Source: an uncultured Verrucomicrobiae bacterium
GTDB lineage: Bacteria; Verrucomicrobiota; Verrucomicrobiia; Chthoniobacterales; Terrimicrobiaceae
Direction of reading: 5' to 3'
Length of the DNA stretch: 64,000 bases
Assembly (NCBI GenBank): GCA_963847295.1
Contig: CAWJZG010000011.1
Location: 2,639 to 66,638 of the forward strand
Made by a program: the position numbers and the translations under genes. The notes beneath the pieces were generated by a model. It had not been told where the DNA came from and searched no databases. It was given only the letters and a program-made list of their open reading frames with translations. Of this stretch, positions 17,728-27,749 are shown piece after piece; positions within the stretch are counted from its first letter, which is position 1; each line of letters opens with the position of its first letter.

Positions 17728-18963
17728 TCAAATATTGCCCGCAGAGCGCTTGAGAAGGTATTCGCGCAGCGCCGGGTCATCAGTCAGGCTCGCAGCGCGA
17801 GCGAACGCTTTCTGCGCTTCGTCTTTCCTGCCGAGCAATTGCAACAAATGTCCGCGCGCGGCCCAAAAGGGCTGGTAGTTGGCAACTCGGCTGGCAGGAA
17901 TTTCTTCAAGCGCTGTGAATCCCGCTGCCGACTTCCCCGCTTGCGCCAGCGCAACGGCCCGGCCGACAAGCGCACCGATGCCCGGCCAGATTTGCACCAA
18001 GCCCTCATAGAGTAGGACGATCTCCGGCCACTCGATCCATCCGCTGTCGGCCCGGTTGGCGTGAATGGATTGAATGGCTGCTTCCAATTGATAGCGTCCC
18101 ATCCGTTTGAACTCCGCCGCCGAGCGCAGGTAACTTTCGGCCTCATCAATCATTGGCCGAGACCAGGTAGCGGTGTTCTGCCGGTCGAGCGGCACAAACT
18201 CGCCGGCGCTCGAATAGCGAGCATCACGTCGCGCTTCACAGTGCAGCATGAGCGCCAGCAAGCCGAGCGCTTCAGGTTCGGCTGGCATCAGCTGAACCAA
18301 GGTTCGCCCGATGGCGATGGCGTCTCCTGCAAGAGCGTGATGAGTTGAACTGACATCCATCAGACTTTCCCAGCAGGTCGTGTAAGCCGAATAAATGGCA
18401 TCAAGAACAAAGACAACTCGCTCATTCCACTCCCTCGATTCGGGCACGCTGAATGGGATGCCAGCGTCGCGAATTTTGTTCTTCGCACGCACGAGACGCT
18501 GGTTCATCGCGGCGGGAGAAACGAGAAAGGCTGACCCAATCCGCGCGGCGTCAACGCCGAGCACCGTCTGCAACATCAGTGGTGTCCGCGCAGCGGGATC
18601 AATCGCCGGATGTGCGCAAACGAAAAGAAGCTTCAGTCGCTCATCGGGAAAATCATCGTGCGTCACCGCGACGGTATGTGCTTCCTCGGTGATTTGCCGA
18701 AGAATCGTTTCTGACCGTTGCTGGACTTGATGGTGACGGGCGGCGTCAATGATCCGGTTCCGTGCGGCGTGCAGCAGCCAAGCTTCAGGTTTTTGTGGAA
18801 CGCCGTCCGCCGGCCAGCGCTCCGACGCCGCCGCGATGGCGTCGCCGAGCGCGTCTTCCGCGCCGGCGACATCACCCGAGCGCGCTGCGATGTAGGCAAT
18901 AAGCCTGCCGTACGAATTGCGCGCGATGGCTTCAATCGCAGCATGCGTTGCGGATTCGCTCAC
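17728..18963 (-). CDS. ECF-type RNA polymerase sigma factor with a long C-terminal TPR-like extension (COG4941 type)
   Basis: GTG start. ..AEDALGDAIAAASERWPADGVPQKPEAWLLHAARNRIIDAARH..LKLLFVCAHPAID. Confidence 0.8.
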   Translation of the reverse strand: MSESATHAAIEAIARNSYGRLIAYIAARSGDVAGAEDALGDAIAAASERWPADGVPQKPEAWLLHAARNRIIDAARHHQVQQRSETILRQITEEAHTVAVTHDDFPDERLKLLFVCAHPAIDPAARTPLMLQTVLGVDAARIGSAFLVSPAAMNQRLVRAKNKIRDAGIPFSVPESREWNERVVFVLDAIYSAYTTCWESLMDVSSTHHALAGDAIAIGRTLVQLMPAEPEALGLLALMLHCEARRDARYSSAGEFVPLDRQNTATWSRPMIDEAESYLRSAAEFKRMGRYQLEAAIQSIHANRADSGWIEWPEIVLLYEGLVQIWPGIGALVGRAVALAQAGKSAAGFTALEEIPASRVANYQPFWAARGHLLQLLGRKDEAQKAFARAASLTDDPALREYLLKRSAGNI

Positions 18964-18972
18964 TATCTAAAG

Positions 18973-19070
18973 TCCGGGGAGCGCACGCGTCCCCGCGTGC
19001 AAGTCCCGCCGGAAAACTCTGTTCGGCGAGACGCCGAACACCACACGCGAGGACGCGTATGCTCCCCGGA
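18973..19070. mobile_element. MITE-like palindromic element, 98 bp with 27-bp imperfect terminal inverted repeats
   Basis: The left arm TCCGGGGAGCGCACGCGTCCCCGCGTG matches the reverse complement of the right arm CACGCGAGGACGCGTATGCTCCCCGGA at 24 of 27 positions. It lies in the intergenic space between the sigma factor and VOC genes. A second, partial copy is at 11778..11854. Confidence 0.7.
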
Positions 19071-19134
19071 CCGCTTGGCCGCGCTTCTACGGCGAGCCCA
19101 CTGGTGGCTTCGATCTCTGCGCTCTCTGATCTCT

Positions 19135-19602
19135 CTATTTCTTCTCTGCAAACATCGCTTCCACGCGCTTCTGCATTTCGTCTGGTGCGACGTCTTCTTT
19201 ATGGGTGGCGACCCACCAGAGATGACCGAAAGGATCTTCGAGCTGGCCGGAGCGATCTCCGTAAAACTGATCCATAACGGGCTTGCGTTCTTTGGCGCCG
19301 CCACCCAGTGCCTTCTTGAAGAACGCATCCACGTCCTCAACATAAAGATGGATGCTCACGGGCGATCCGCCCAGCGTTTCCGGCGCGTTGCCGCCGTACT
19401 CGGGGAATTCATCCGACATCATAATCATGGAATCTCCCAGGCGAATTTCCGCATGGCCGAGGCGTCCATCGGGCATCATCAATTTGTAGGTTTCGGTTGC
19501 CCCGAACGCCGTCTTGTAGAACTCCAATGCCTTGGCAGCATTCTTGATGGCCAGATAAGGCGTTACGGTGTGGTGTCCGGCAGGAATGGCTTTAACACTC
19601 AT
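19135..19602 (-). CDS. VOC (glyoxalase/bleomycin-resistance, PhnB-like) family protein
   Basis: Trimmed to ATG 19602, which has an AAGGAG Shine-Dalgarno sequence. MSVKAIPAGHHTVTPYLAIKNAAKALEFYK..DPFGHLWWV. Confidence 0.85.
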   Translation of the reverse strand: MSVKAIPAGHHTVTPYLAIKNAAKALEFYKTAFGATETYKLMMPDGRLGHAEIRLGDSMIMMSDEFPEYGGNAPETLGGSPVSIHLYVEDVDAFFKKALGGGAKERKPVMDQFYGDRSGQLEDPFGHLWWVATHKEDVAPDEMQKRVEAMFAEKK

Positions 19603-19768
19603 GGTTTCTCCTTTCTTTAGGTTTCTGTTGCGAGTTGGCACCCGCTAGCTCGAAAGAATCTCGATCGACGCCTGGCCAACGCAAAACGGTTTCATGAATC
19701 TTTTGCCGCGCGCCATCGACGGCCATAAACCTGTGTTTTCCCGCAGGGTTTCAGGGAGCGACTCTGCC

Positions 19769-21693
19769 TCATGCGGTACTCAATGCCGGTAGGGCCGGGG
19801 CCGGCGGTCTTGTCTCGCGTTCGGTGTCCTCATGCAGTTCGGGCGGCTGGTGACGGGCGGCGATCAGCGAATAGAAGACGGGCACGACGAACAGGGTGAA
19901 CAACGTCCCGACTGTCATGCCGGTGACGAGCACGGTGCCAATGCTGTTGCGGGCCTCGGCTCCCGGACCGCCGCCAGCGTGGAATCGGGCGACGCCTCGA
20001 AAAACAGACTGATATGGCTCTGGTCCTCCGCAGGCGCGAGCTCCGTCCGCGAAAACGTGTACAAAGGCCACGCCGCGGCCGTGACCAGCAGCGCAGCCAC
20101 GACGATCGCGCCGCGCATCTGGAGGGCACCGTCGAGCAGCCAGGCATACACGCGCCGCAGATGCTCGAAGCCGCGATTGACAAGCGCGGTCAGCCGGCCT
20201 TCCTTGCCGCGCGGATGCACGAAGCGCGAACTCATGACCGGTGAGAGCGTAATGGCCACGATGCCCGATACGACCACCGCGGCGGCCAACGTGATCGCAA
20301 ACTCGAGAAACAGCGAGCCGGTCAGGCCGCCCTGAAGGCCGATCGGCGTGTAAACTGCGGCGAGGGTGATCGTCATCGCGATGATTGGGCCGACCAGCTC
20401 GCGCGCGCCGATCAACGCCGCCTGGATCCGGGACTTGCCCATGCGCACGTGCCGCTCCACGTTCTCGACCACGACGATGGCGTCATCGACAACCAGACCG
20501 ACCGAGAGGACGATCGCGAGAATGGTCAATAGATTGAGGCTGAAGCCGAAGGCGTACATGACCAGCGCCGCGCCGACCAGTGAGATGGGTATCGCGACGA
20601 GCGGCACGAGCGCGGTCCGGATTGAGCCCATGAACAGGAACACCACCAGGCCGACGATAGCGATAGTTTCGGAGAGCGTTTTGGTGATCTCCTTCAGCGC
20701 GTCCCGCATGAACATCGTCCCATCCCACACGAGGCGCATCTCGATGTCCTTGGGCAGCGTCGGCCGGATTCGCTCCATCTCGTCGCGTAGCCGGCGTGCG
20801 ACCTCGATCTCATTGGCGCCGACGAGAGGCCATACCCCAAGGTAGACGCCTTCCGCCCGGTTGTACTTCGCGACGAGGTCGGCCTCTTCGGCCCCCAGCT
20901 CGACCCGGGCCACGTCGCTGAGCCGAACGATGGCGCCGCCGCGGTCGGCGACGATCAAGTTCGCGAATTCATCAACCGAGCGCAGGTCCGTGTTGGCCAT
21001 GAGGTTGATTTGCACCTGATTTCCCTTGGTCTGGCCGACGGCGGCAAGGTAGTTGTTGCGCTGGAGCGCTGCCTGCACGTCACCGGGCGAGAGATTGAGT
21101 GCGGCCAGGCGATCGGGGTCGATCCAGACGCGCATGGCGATTTGGCGCCCGCCCTCGTTGTTAGTCACGCGCTGAACGCCCTCGATCGTCGCAAGCTGCG
21201 GCTGCACGGTGCGAAGCAGGTAATCGGTGATGGCTGGCACGCTGCGCTCGGTCGAGTTGAAACTAAGGTAGAACGTCGCATACGGCCGATCGGCTCGCTG
21301 CACCTCGATCACCGGCGGCTCGGCTTCCACCGGCAATTCCGCGCGGACCTGCTGGAGCCTCGCGGTGACCTCGGCCAGCGCCTGCGTGCTATCGTGGTTC
21401 AGCTTTAACCGGACCGTCACGGTGCTGAGGCCGGCCCGGCTGGTCGACTCGACGTAGTCGACGCCGCCGATCGCGGACACGGCGCGCTCGATCGGCGTCG
21501 TCACGAATCCGCGAATGGTGTCAGCGCTGCCGCCGTAGTAGACTGTCGTAATTACCAAGGACGAGCTCTCGATCTGCGGATACTGTTGCACCGGCAGGAG
21601 CGTCAGCACCCGCAAGCCCGTGAGAACGATCACGAGGTTGACCACCACCGCGAGCACCGGGCGCTTGATGAAAATGTCGGTAAACGAGCGCAT
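19769..21693 (-). pseudogene. RND efflux permease (AcrB/CzcA family) with an internal deletion of about 420 codons plus a frame change
   Basis: The N-terminal ~575 aa are intact (MRSFTDIFIKRPVLAVV..APAEDQSHISLFFEASPD). At about 19970-19985 the sequence joins, out of frame, directly to the extreme C-terminus (GGPGAEARNSIGTVLVTGMTVGTLFTLFVVPVFYSL). Full-length proteins of this family are about 1000-1050 aa. Confidence 0.8.
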
Positions 21694-21713
21694 GTCTACT
21701 CCTCGATGATTTA

Positions 21714-22838
21714 TTACTTGACGTTCGGCCCCGGCCCGCTCGTTTCCGTTTCCATCTCGCCGGCAATTGCGACAAGCGCCGTCTCACGCAGCTTGAACGA
21801 TCCCGAGGCGGCCACCTGCTCGCCGGGGGAAAGCCCCGCGAGGATCAGCACTTCATCGCCGAGCATCGTGCTGCTTTCCACGCTCCGCATCTGGGCCCGA
21901 GGTTTGCCGTCCTTGTCTGGCGCAATGATGAACACGTGGTCGCCATCGGGTCCCTTGCGCAGCGCGCTCACGGGAACCGCGACGGCCGTATGCGAGGGCC
22001 CCACCGGAACGCGAACGCGCACCGAGGCTCCAGGCGCCGGAGCGAGAGCGGCGTCCTCGATCCTCGCACGCACCGAGGCATTCCGCGTCGCGGGGTCGAC
22101 ACGCGCATCGAGCGCCACGATCCTGGCAGCAATCGGGGAGGAGTCGCTCGTAGCGAAAACGTCGACGTTATCGCCTTCACGCAAACCGGCGGCTACGCGT
22201 TGGGCGACCGTGAAGTCCACGTGCACGGCGTCGTCCACGCCCTGCAGCGTCGTGAGCTGCGTGCCTTCGTTGAGGTATTGGCCGGGGTGCAAGTCCGCCA
22301 GGCCCACGCGCGCGCGAAAGGGCGCGCGGATTGTCTTGCGAGCCATGATCGCTTTCGTGCGCGCGACTTGCGCCAGCGCCACGTCGCGCTCCGCGCGGGC
22401 ACGATCCAGCTCCATCTCAGCCGTCACGCGGCTCCGGTCCAAACGCTCCGTGCGGCGGAGCACCGTCTCGGCGAGCGCAGCCTGCGCCTCCTGCGCCTTC
22501 AGCTCGGCTTCTTCGACGGAGAGGTCGAGCGCGACGAGCAGCGTCCCCGCATCAACGATCTGCCCCGGCGTGAGGTTGACTTCGCGGACAGTGCCCGGCA
22601 GTTCGTTGCGCAGCGTGACCGACCGCAGCGCGAGCACAGTCCCGATCGACGTCGTCGTCTGGCGGTGCTGCCGATCACTCGCCACGGCAACCGTCACCGA
22701 CTCCACCGGCTCGGCCTGATTTGCCGACGCCGCGTTCGATTCCTGAATGGAGGCATATTTCCACGCTGCCAGCCCCGCCCCCACCGAGACCACCGTCGCG
22801 AGCAGTAGTGAAGATCCGATCCAACCTCGATGATTCAT
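21714..22838 (-). CDS. Efflux RND periplasmic adaptor (membrane fusion protein)
   Basis: Signal/TM at the N-terminus, a coiled-coil region (AELKAQEAQAALAE..), and beta-barrel motifs. It lies immediately upstream of the RND gene. Confidence 0.85.
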   Translation of the reverse strand: MNHRGWIGSSLLLATVVSVGAGLAAWKYASIQESNAASANQAEPVESVTVAVASDRQHRQTTTSIGTVLALRSVTLRNELPGTVREVNLTPGQIVDAGTLLVALDLSVEEAELKAQEAQAALAETVLRRTERLDRSRVTAEMELDRARAERDVALAQVARTKAIMARKTIRAPFRARVGLADLHPGQYLNEGTQLTTLQGVDDAVHVDFTVAQRVAAGLREGDNVDVFATSDSSPIAARIVALDARVDPATRNASVRARIEDAALAPAPGASVRVRVPVGPSHTAVAVPVSALRKGPDGDHVFIIAPDKDGKPRAQMRSVESSTMLGDEVLILAGLSPGEQVAASGSFKLRETALVAIAGEMETETSGPGPNVK

Positions 22839-23488
22839 AATTTGCGTTTCCCCTCTTTCTTGCCAGCCGTCCGGACCGCGACCTTGCGCTTCTCCGCACG
22901 AAGCTTTCCCTTTAACGACGAACGACCCGCTTGCGAATGGACAAGCATCTCTTCGAGCGCAGCGCGCAAGCGCCGCATCAAATCCTGATCAACCGGAACC
23001 AACCCCAGAACCCAGTAAAGCCACAGCCCGTCAATCGCGGTCACCACCGCCTCTCCAACACCCGGCGGCAGCCCGTCCTCGGCGATGCGGCGATGGAGGT
23101 CGACGTAGACGGCGCGCATCGGCTCGATCAGCGACGGGTTCTGCGCGAGCGCCGCGAAGACCGCAGACGAACTCCGCCGGAGCTGCTCCGTCCAGGTCTG
23201 AGTGTCAGAAAGGCAGTGGTTCAACAGCCCTCGCGTCATCCGCCCGGGGCCCTCGGGCGCGCGCTCATAGGATCCCATCCAGCACGCGCGCCAGCTTTCC
23301 GCAGCCCGTGCGACCAACGCCTCGACAAGCCGGTCCTTGCTCCGAAAGTGATGCAGCAGCCCCCCCTTGCTCATCCCCGCCTCGGCGGCCACAGCGTCGA
23401 ACGTGAGGTTGGCCACGCCCTGCCGCGCAACCACCGCCTCCGCAGCGTCTAGCAGCGCTCCCCGCAATCCGGTGTCAGTCTGTTTCAT
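22835..23488 (-). CDS. TetR/AcrR family transcriptional regulator
   Basis: Trimmed to ATG 23488. LLDAAEAVVARQGVANLTFDAVAAEAGMSKGGLLHHFRSKDRL is the HTH region. Its stop overlaps the adaptor gene ATG as ATGA. Confidence 0.85.
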   Translation of the reverse strand: MKQTDTGLRGALLDAAEAVVARQGVANLTFDAVAAEAGMSKGGLLHHFRSKDRLVEALVARAAESWRACWMGSYERAPEGPGRMTRGLLNHCLSDTQTWTEQLRRSSSAVFAALAQNPSLIEPMRAVYVDLHRRIAEDGLPPGVGEAVVTAIDGLWLYWVLGLVPVDQDLMRRLRAALEEMLVHSQAGRSSLKGKLRAEKRKVAVRTAGKKEGKRKL

Positions 23489-23506
23489 TGGCCCTTCCCG
23501 CTCATA

Positions 23507-23542
23507 CCGTCCGGACGGTCGTTTATCAAGCCGTCCGGACGG
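23507..23542. promoter_or_regulatory. Two identical 12-bp perfect palindromes, CCGTCCGGACGG; probable TetR operator pair
   Basis: At 23507..23518 and 23531..23542, 24 bp centre to centre, starting 19 bp upstream of the tetR ATG. Confidence 0.5.
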
Positions 23543-24216
23543 TTTTTTTCGTTGGCGGCGCCGCCGGATCGGCAAACCGCGCTGGCAAAGTTATCCGCAA
23601 GGGACTTTCCGCGACGAGTTTCTGGAGCAATTGGACCTCCTCCTGCGGCAGCATGACATTTTTCTGGGACGCTCCACCGGGAAGGACAGCAGAGCTTTGC
23701 CTTCGCTTGCCCGGTTTCTTCGGCGGCGAGAATCTCGTCCCCGGCATCGATGCCCGTCAGATCGGCGTCTTTTGGGCTCGGGCGACCCTGAACTATCTCC
23801 GTCGGTTTGTCGACGCCACCTTGTGCGTGCTGATTTGGTCAGGCGGCTTGCGAGAGCCGATCTGAAGGTGCAGGCTTCCTCAAGCGACAGGTTAAAGCCG
23901 GAAGAAAAGTGCTAAGTGGCGAGCTTGTTTTACCCGGGGCCTTGCGCAATAGCCCTCCTCGCGTATCCTGGAAGCGGAGAGAGTTTCTCATCTTTTTTTA
24001 CGATGCCGGTTGCGCTTACTCACTTGCTAAGCGGCTCAGTCGCTCTCGGGCGACTTGAAGGGGTTTTCGGGAAGCCTCAACTCGTTGTTTCGGCATTTCC
24101 CGCGCGCCCAAGTCAGAGGAGAACTCTTCGGAATGCCCGGGTCGGCCGCGCGCAATCCGGCTTAAGTGGATCCAACCAGCGCTGATACCTGAAACGAACC
24201 CGCCACATCACGACAT

Positions 24217-25296
24217 ATGACCTGCACCCACCATAACCCGCTGCACTGCGTAGTGCCGCCCTATATGCTCGAAAAGCTTGCCGCGAAGGGCAAGTCCGCC
24301 AACGCCCGCGAGAAAGCGCTCAAATCACTTCGTGTTTCGCGGTATTTCCGCAGCACGCGGCGTGAGGCGCAGGATGCCTTTCAAGCTTTGGGTTTCCGTG
24401 CCATTGCTGGCGCGGCAGCCACTGCTGCTCCCGACAGGCTGATCAGAAAAGTCTATGATGCCGGGGGGGCTGAAGAGCTTCCCGGCAAACTCGTCCGTGG
24501 CGAGGGCGCGAAACCCACCCAGGACGCTGCGGTGGACGCCGTTTATGATGGCGCCGGATCGACCTACGAGCTCTATCGCGAGGAATATGGTCGCAACTCC
24601 ATCGACGACCGCGGCATGGAGATCATTCAGACCGTTCACTTCGGCCAAGCGTATCAAAACGCGTTCTGGAACGGAGAGCAAATGGTTTACGGCGACGGGG
24701 ACGGCAGCGTTTTCGGCAATTTCACCTCTGACATCGACGTCATCGGCCACGAGCTCAGCCATGGCGTGACCCAGCACGAAGCCGGGCTCGTTTACGAGTT
24801 TCAGAGCGGCGCGCTCAATGAGCACTTCTCCGATGTTTTCGGCTCCCTTGTCAAGCAGCGCGCCGCCAGCGAGGATGCCAAAACGGCAAACTGGCTGATG
24901 GGCGAGAACGTTATTGTTGGCAAAAAATACGTCCTCCGTTCGCTTAAGGCTCCTGGTACCGCCTACGTGAATCATCCTGTGCTCGGCACCGATCCGCAGC
25001 CTGCGACCATGGACGATTTCCAGGAATTGCCGCTCTGGGACGACCAGGGCGGTGTGCACATCAATTCCGGCATTCCCAATCATGCCTTCTATCTCGCGGC
25101 TATTGAGCTCGGAGGCTACGCGTGGAAAAAGGCGGGTCTCATCTGGTATCGTACCCTCTGCGATCTTCTGGGCGAAAACGCCACCTTCGTTCGCGCCGCC
25201 CAAGCCACCGTCCAGGCCGCGCGAGGCGAATTTGGAGCCGGCAGTCTTGAGGAACAGGCCGTCACCAAGGCCTGGAAAGACGTGAAGGTATTGTGA
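24217..25296 (+). CDS. M4 (thermolysin-family) metallopeptidase, protealysin-like (no signal peptide seen)
   Basis: VIGHELSHGVTQHEAGLVYEFQSGALNEHFSD carries HExxH plus the downstream Glu. GGVHINSGIPNHAFY. Confidence 0.85.
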   Translation: MTCTHHNPLHCVVPPYMLEKLAAKGKSANAREKALKSLRVSRYFRSTRREAQDAFQALGFRAIAGAAATAAPDRLIRKVYDAGGAEELPGKLVRGEGAKPTQDAAVDAVYDGAGSTYELYREEYGRNSIDDRGMEIIQTVHFGQAYQNAFWNGEQMVYGDGDGSVFGNFTSDIDVIGHELSHGVTQHEAGLVYEFQSGALNEHFSDVFGSLVKQRAASEDAKTANWLMGENVIVGKKYVLRSLKAPGTAYVNHPVLGTDPQPATMDDFQELPLWDDQGGVHINSGIPNHAFYLAAIELGGYAWKKAGLIWYRTLCDLLGENATFVRAAQATVQAARGEFGAGSLEEQAVTKAWKDVKVL

Positions 25297-25320
25297 GCTG
25301 CGCAGTACGCCGCGCGAGAG

Positions 25321-25635
25321 ATGATGCTCAAGATCGAAGCAATCCAAACGGGGCTGCAAGTGCCGGTGCCGAAAGCCTGGTCTCTCGATTCCGCCGCGGC
25401 TTCACCCGGCGAAATTGCCGAAATCGAACGATTGTTGAAGAGTTGCAATTTTCTGCATGCCCCAGAGCCCGTCACGGATCGTTCCGCTCCTGACCGGGGC
25501 ACAATCTCTATCTTGGTTACTACTTCTGAGGGTTCGCGGCGGCTCACAATATTGTTGGGAAACGTCCCGAAGGAGTTCGTGCCGCTTGTGCGCTTCATTG
25601 AATCGCGGTTGCAGTGGCGCCCGCGGAAACCGTAG
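25321..25635 (+). CDS. Small protein in the emfourin (protealysin inhibitor) position; emfourin-like
   Basis: 104 aa, starting 25 nt after the protease stop on the same strand. Size and context match the protealysin-emfourin bicistron. Sequence similarity is judged by eye only (..PDRGTISILVTTSEGSRRLTI..VPKEFVPLVRFI). Confidence 0.45.
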   Translation: MMLKIEAIQTGLQVPVPKAWSLDSAAASPGEIAEIERLLKSCNFLHAPEPVTDRSAPDRGTISILVTTSEGSRRLTILLGNVPKEFVPLVRFIESRLQWRPRKP

Positions 25636-25760
25636 CGCAGAAAATCGCCGAGGCGAAATGGAGTGCGTGCCAGGAAGAAGTTTGCCTCCGCTTTGCAGGG
25701 AGTAGACAGTCCGGCAGGCGAAGCCTGTTGTAGAGCCGGTTGTGCCAGCCGCCTGTCTAC

Positions 25761-25781
25761 AGGCCCTTTACAAAAGGGCCT
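25761..25781. terminator. Hairpin AGGCCCTT-TACAA-AAGGGCCT between convergent genes
   Basis: Perfect 8-bp stem. There is no clear U-tract. It is embedded in a larger nested palindrome (25703..25807). Confidence 0.35.
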
Positions 25782-25820
25782 CTACAACCAAACCGAAGGC
25801 TTGCCGGCGCGCTTCGTGCG

Positions 25821-26855
25821 CTACAATCGTTCAATGATCGCTCGAGCAAACTCGGATGTCGTGGCATTCCCGCCAAGGTCAAAGGTGATGTGCTGTTTGC
25901 TGGCGATTGTATCATAGCAGGCCTGCTCGATTCGGCCGGCAAGATCGATTTCGCCGAGGTGCCGCAACATCATGCAGGCACTGAGCAAGAGGGCCGTTGG
26001 GTTGGCTTTGCCTTGCCCTGCGATGTCCGGCGCTGTGCCGTGGACGCTCTCAAAGATCGCGGCACTCTCACCGATATTCCCGCTCGGCGCGACCCCCAAC
26101 CCGCCGATCAAGCCTGCGCAGAGATCGCTAACAATATCGCCGTAAAGGTTGGGCAGCACCATCACATCAAAGCGCCGCGGATTGATGACAAGCTGCATGC
26201 AGCAGTTATCGACGATGACTTCCTCGTACTGCAGCTGTGGATACTTTTTTGCAACCTCGCGGCAGCAGTTCAGGAAAAGCCCGTCGCTCCTTTTCATGAT
26301 ATTCGCCTTGTGGATCGCGGATACTTTGCGGCGGTTCTGCGTAGCGGCGTAATAGAATGCCGACTCGGCAATTCGTATCGACGCAGCACGCGTGATGACT
26401 TTGAGTGACTCGACGACGCCTGGCACTACCTCGTGCTCGAGTCCGGAATACTCCCCTTCAGTATTTTCGCGAACCACGACGAGGTCGACGTTGTCGTAGC
26501 GCGTCTTCAATCCCGCGATGCTTCGGCATGGGCGGAGGTTCGCGTAGAGCTGAAATGCCTTGCGCAGTGTGAGATTGAGCGAGACGTGGCCGGTGCCGAT
26601 CGGCGTGGCAAGAGGTCCTTTGAGTGCGACAGTATTCTTTCTGATGGAAGCGAGCGCCTCCTCGGAGATGAGCTGTCCGCCGGGTTCGACGGACTCGGTG
26701 CTCACTATTTGCCGCTCCCACTGGACGGGCGCTTTGGCAGCTTCGAAGATCTGGATAACGGCGTCTGCAATTTCGGGGCCGACGCCATCGCCCGGAATGA
26801 GGGTTACGGTGTGCGTTTTCATTTGCGGATTGGGAAAAGCCTTGCTCAAGGGCAT
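25821..26855 (-). CDS. Isocitrate/isopropylmalate dehydrogenase family, NAD-dependent IDH3-like isocitrate dehydrogenase
   Basis: [42 protein letters not shown]. Confidence 0.85.
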   Translation of the reverse strand: MPLSKAFPNPQMKTHTVTLIPGDGVGPEIADAVIQIFEAAKAPVQWERQIVSTESVEPGGQLISEEALASIRKNTVALKGPLATPIGTGHVSLNLTLRKAFQLYANLRPCRSIAGLKTRYDNVDLVVVRENTEGEYSGLEHEVVPGVVESLKVITRAASIRIAESAFYYAATQNRRKVSAIHKANIMKRSDGLFLNCCREVAKKYPQLQYEEVIVDNCCMQLVINPRRFDVMVLPNLYGDIVSDLCAGLIGGLGVAPSGNIGESAAIFESVHGTAPDIAGQGKANPTALLLSACMMLRHLGEIDLAGRIEQACYDTIASKQHITFDLGGNATTSEFARAIIERL

Positions 26856-26945
26856 TGTGCGTCAGCGAGGCTCATTCCTCCATGAAATTTTGTCGACACT
26901 TCACTCGACGACCAAGGGAAAGACCGGCAATCTCCAACCGAACCC

Positions 26946-27749
26946 ATGAAGATCATTCGCTACCTCGATCGTCACGGGAGCGAACACTATGGCGCGGAAC
27001 AGGAAGACGGCTCGGCGATCGAACTCACCGGCACGCTGTTCTCCGAATTGAAACCCACGAACCGTCCGGCCGACGTGAGGAAACTTCTCGCGCCTCTCCA
27101 GCCATCTCAGATTCTCGGAATCGGGCTGAACTACCGCCGGCACGCGGAAGAAACCCGGGCGAAAGTCCCGGAGTTTCCCGTGCTATTCGCCAAAGGTCTA
27201 AATACCCTCCAAAATCCGGGCGATCCGATCTTCATTCCGACTCATCTGGCCAGTGAGGAGGTCGACCACGAGTGCGAACTTGCCGTCGTTATCAAAATCC
27301 CATGCAAGAACGTGTCCCGCGAGAACGCATTGGATTTTGTGCTCGGCTACACATGCGCCAACGACGTGAGCGCGCGAGACTGGCAGAAGAAGAAGAGCGG
27401 CGGCCAGTGGTGCCGCGGAAAATCGTTTGATTCCTTTTGTCCGCTCGGTCCGTGCCTAGTAACTCCGGACGAAATTCCCAACCCCAACGCCCTGGCCATC
27501 CGAACCATCTTAAATGGTATTGCGGTCCAGGACTGGAACACGAACGACATGATCTTCGATGTCCCCGCGATCATCGAGTTTTTGAGCGGCAGCACCACGC
27601 TGCTTCCTGGCACGACGATTCTCACAGGAACGCCGCACGGGGTCGGAATGGCTGCGAATCCGCCCCGCTGGCTCAAACCCGGCGACAGTGTCTCTATTGA
27701 TATCGAAAAGATCGGGAGGCTGACCAATCCTGTTGAAGCCGAGCCATGA
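26946..27749 (+). CDS. Fumarylacetoacetate hydrolase (FAH) family protein
   Basis: GLNYRRHAEE, HECELAVVI, ANDVSARDWQ, GTPHGVG. Confidence 0.85.
   Translation: MKIIRYLDRHGSEHYGAEQEDGSAIELTGTLFSELKPTNRPADVRKLLAPLQPSQILGIGLNYRRHAEETRAKVPEFPVLFAKGLNTLQNPGDPIFIPTHLASEEVDHECELAVVIKIPCKNVSRENALDFVLGYTCANDVSARDWQKKKSGGQWCRGKSFDSFCPLGPCLVTPDEIPNPNALAIRTILNGIAVQDWNTNDMIFDVPAIIEFLSGSTTLLPGTTILTGTPHGVGMAANPPRWLKPGDSVSIDIEKIGRLTNPVEAEP

Noticed and set aside
23526-24185. ORFs in the 640-bp spacer between tetR and the M4 protease (23367..23915+, 23488..23865+, 23526..23747-, 23916..24185+)
   Set aside because: They overlap one another in several frames, have no motifs, and show Arg/Pro-rich translations typical of non-coding GC-rich DNA.
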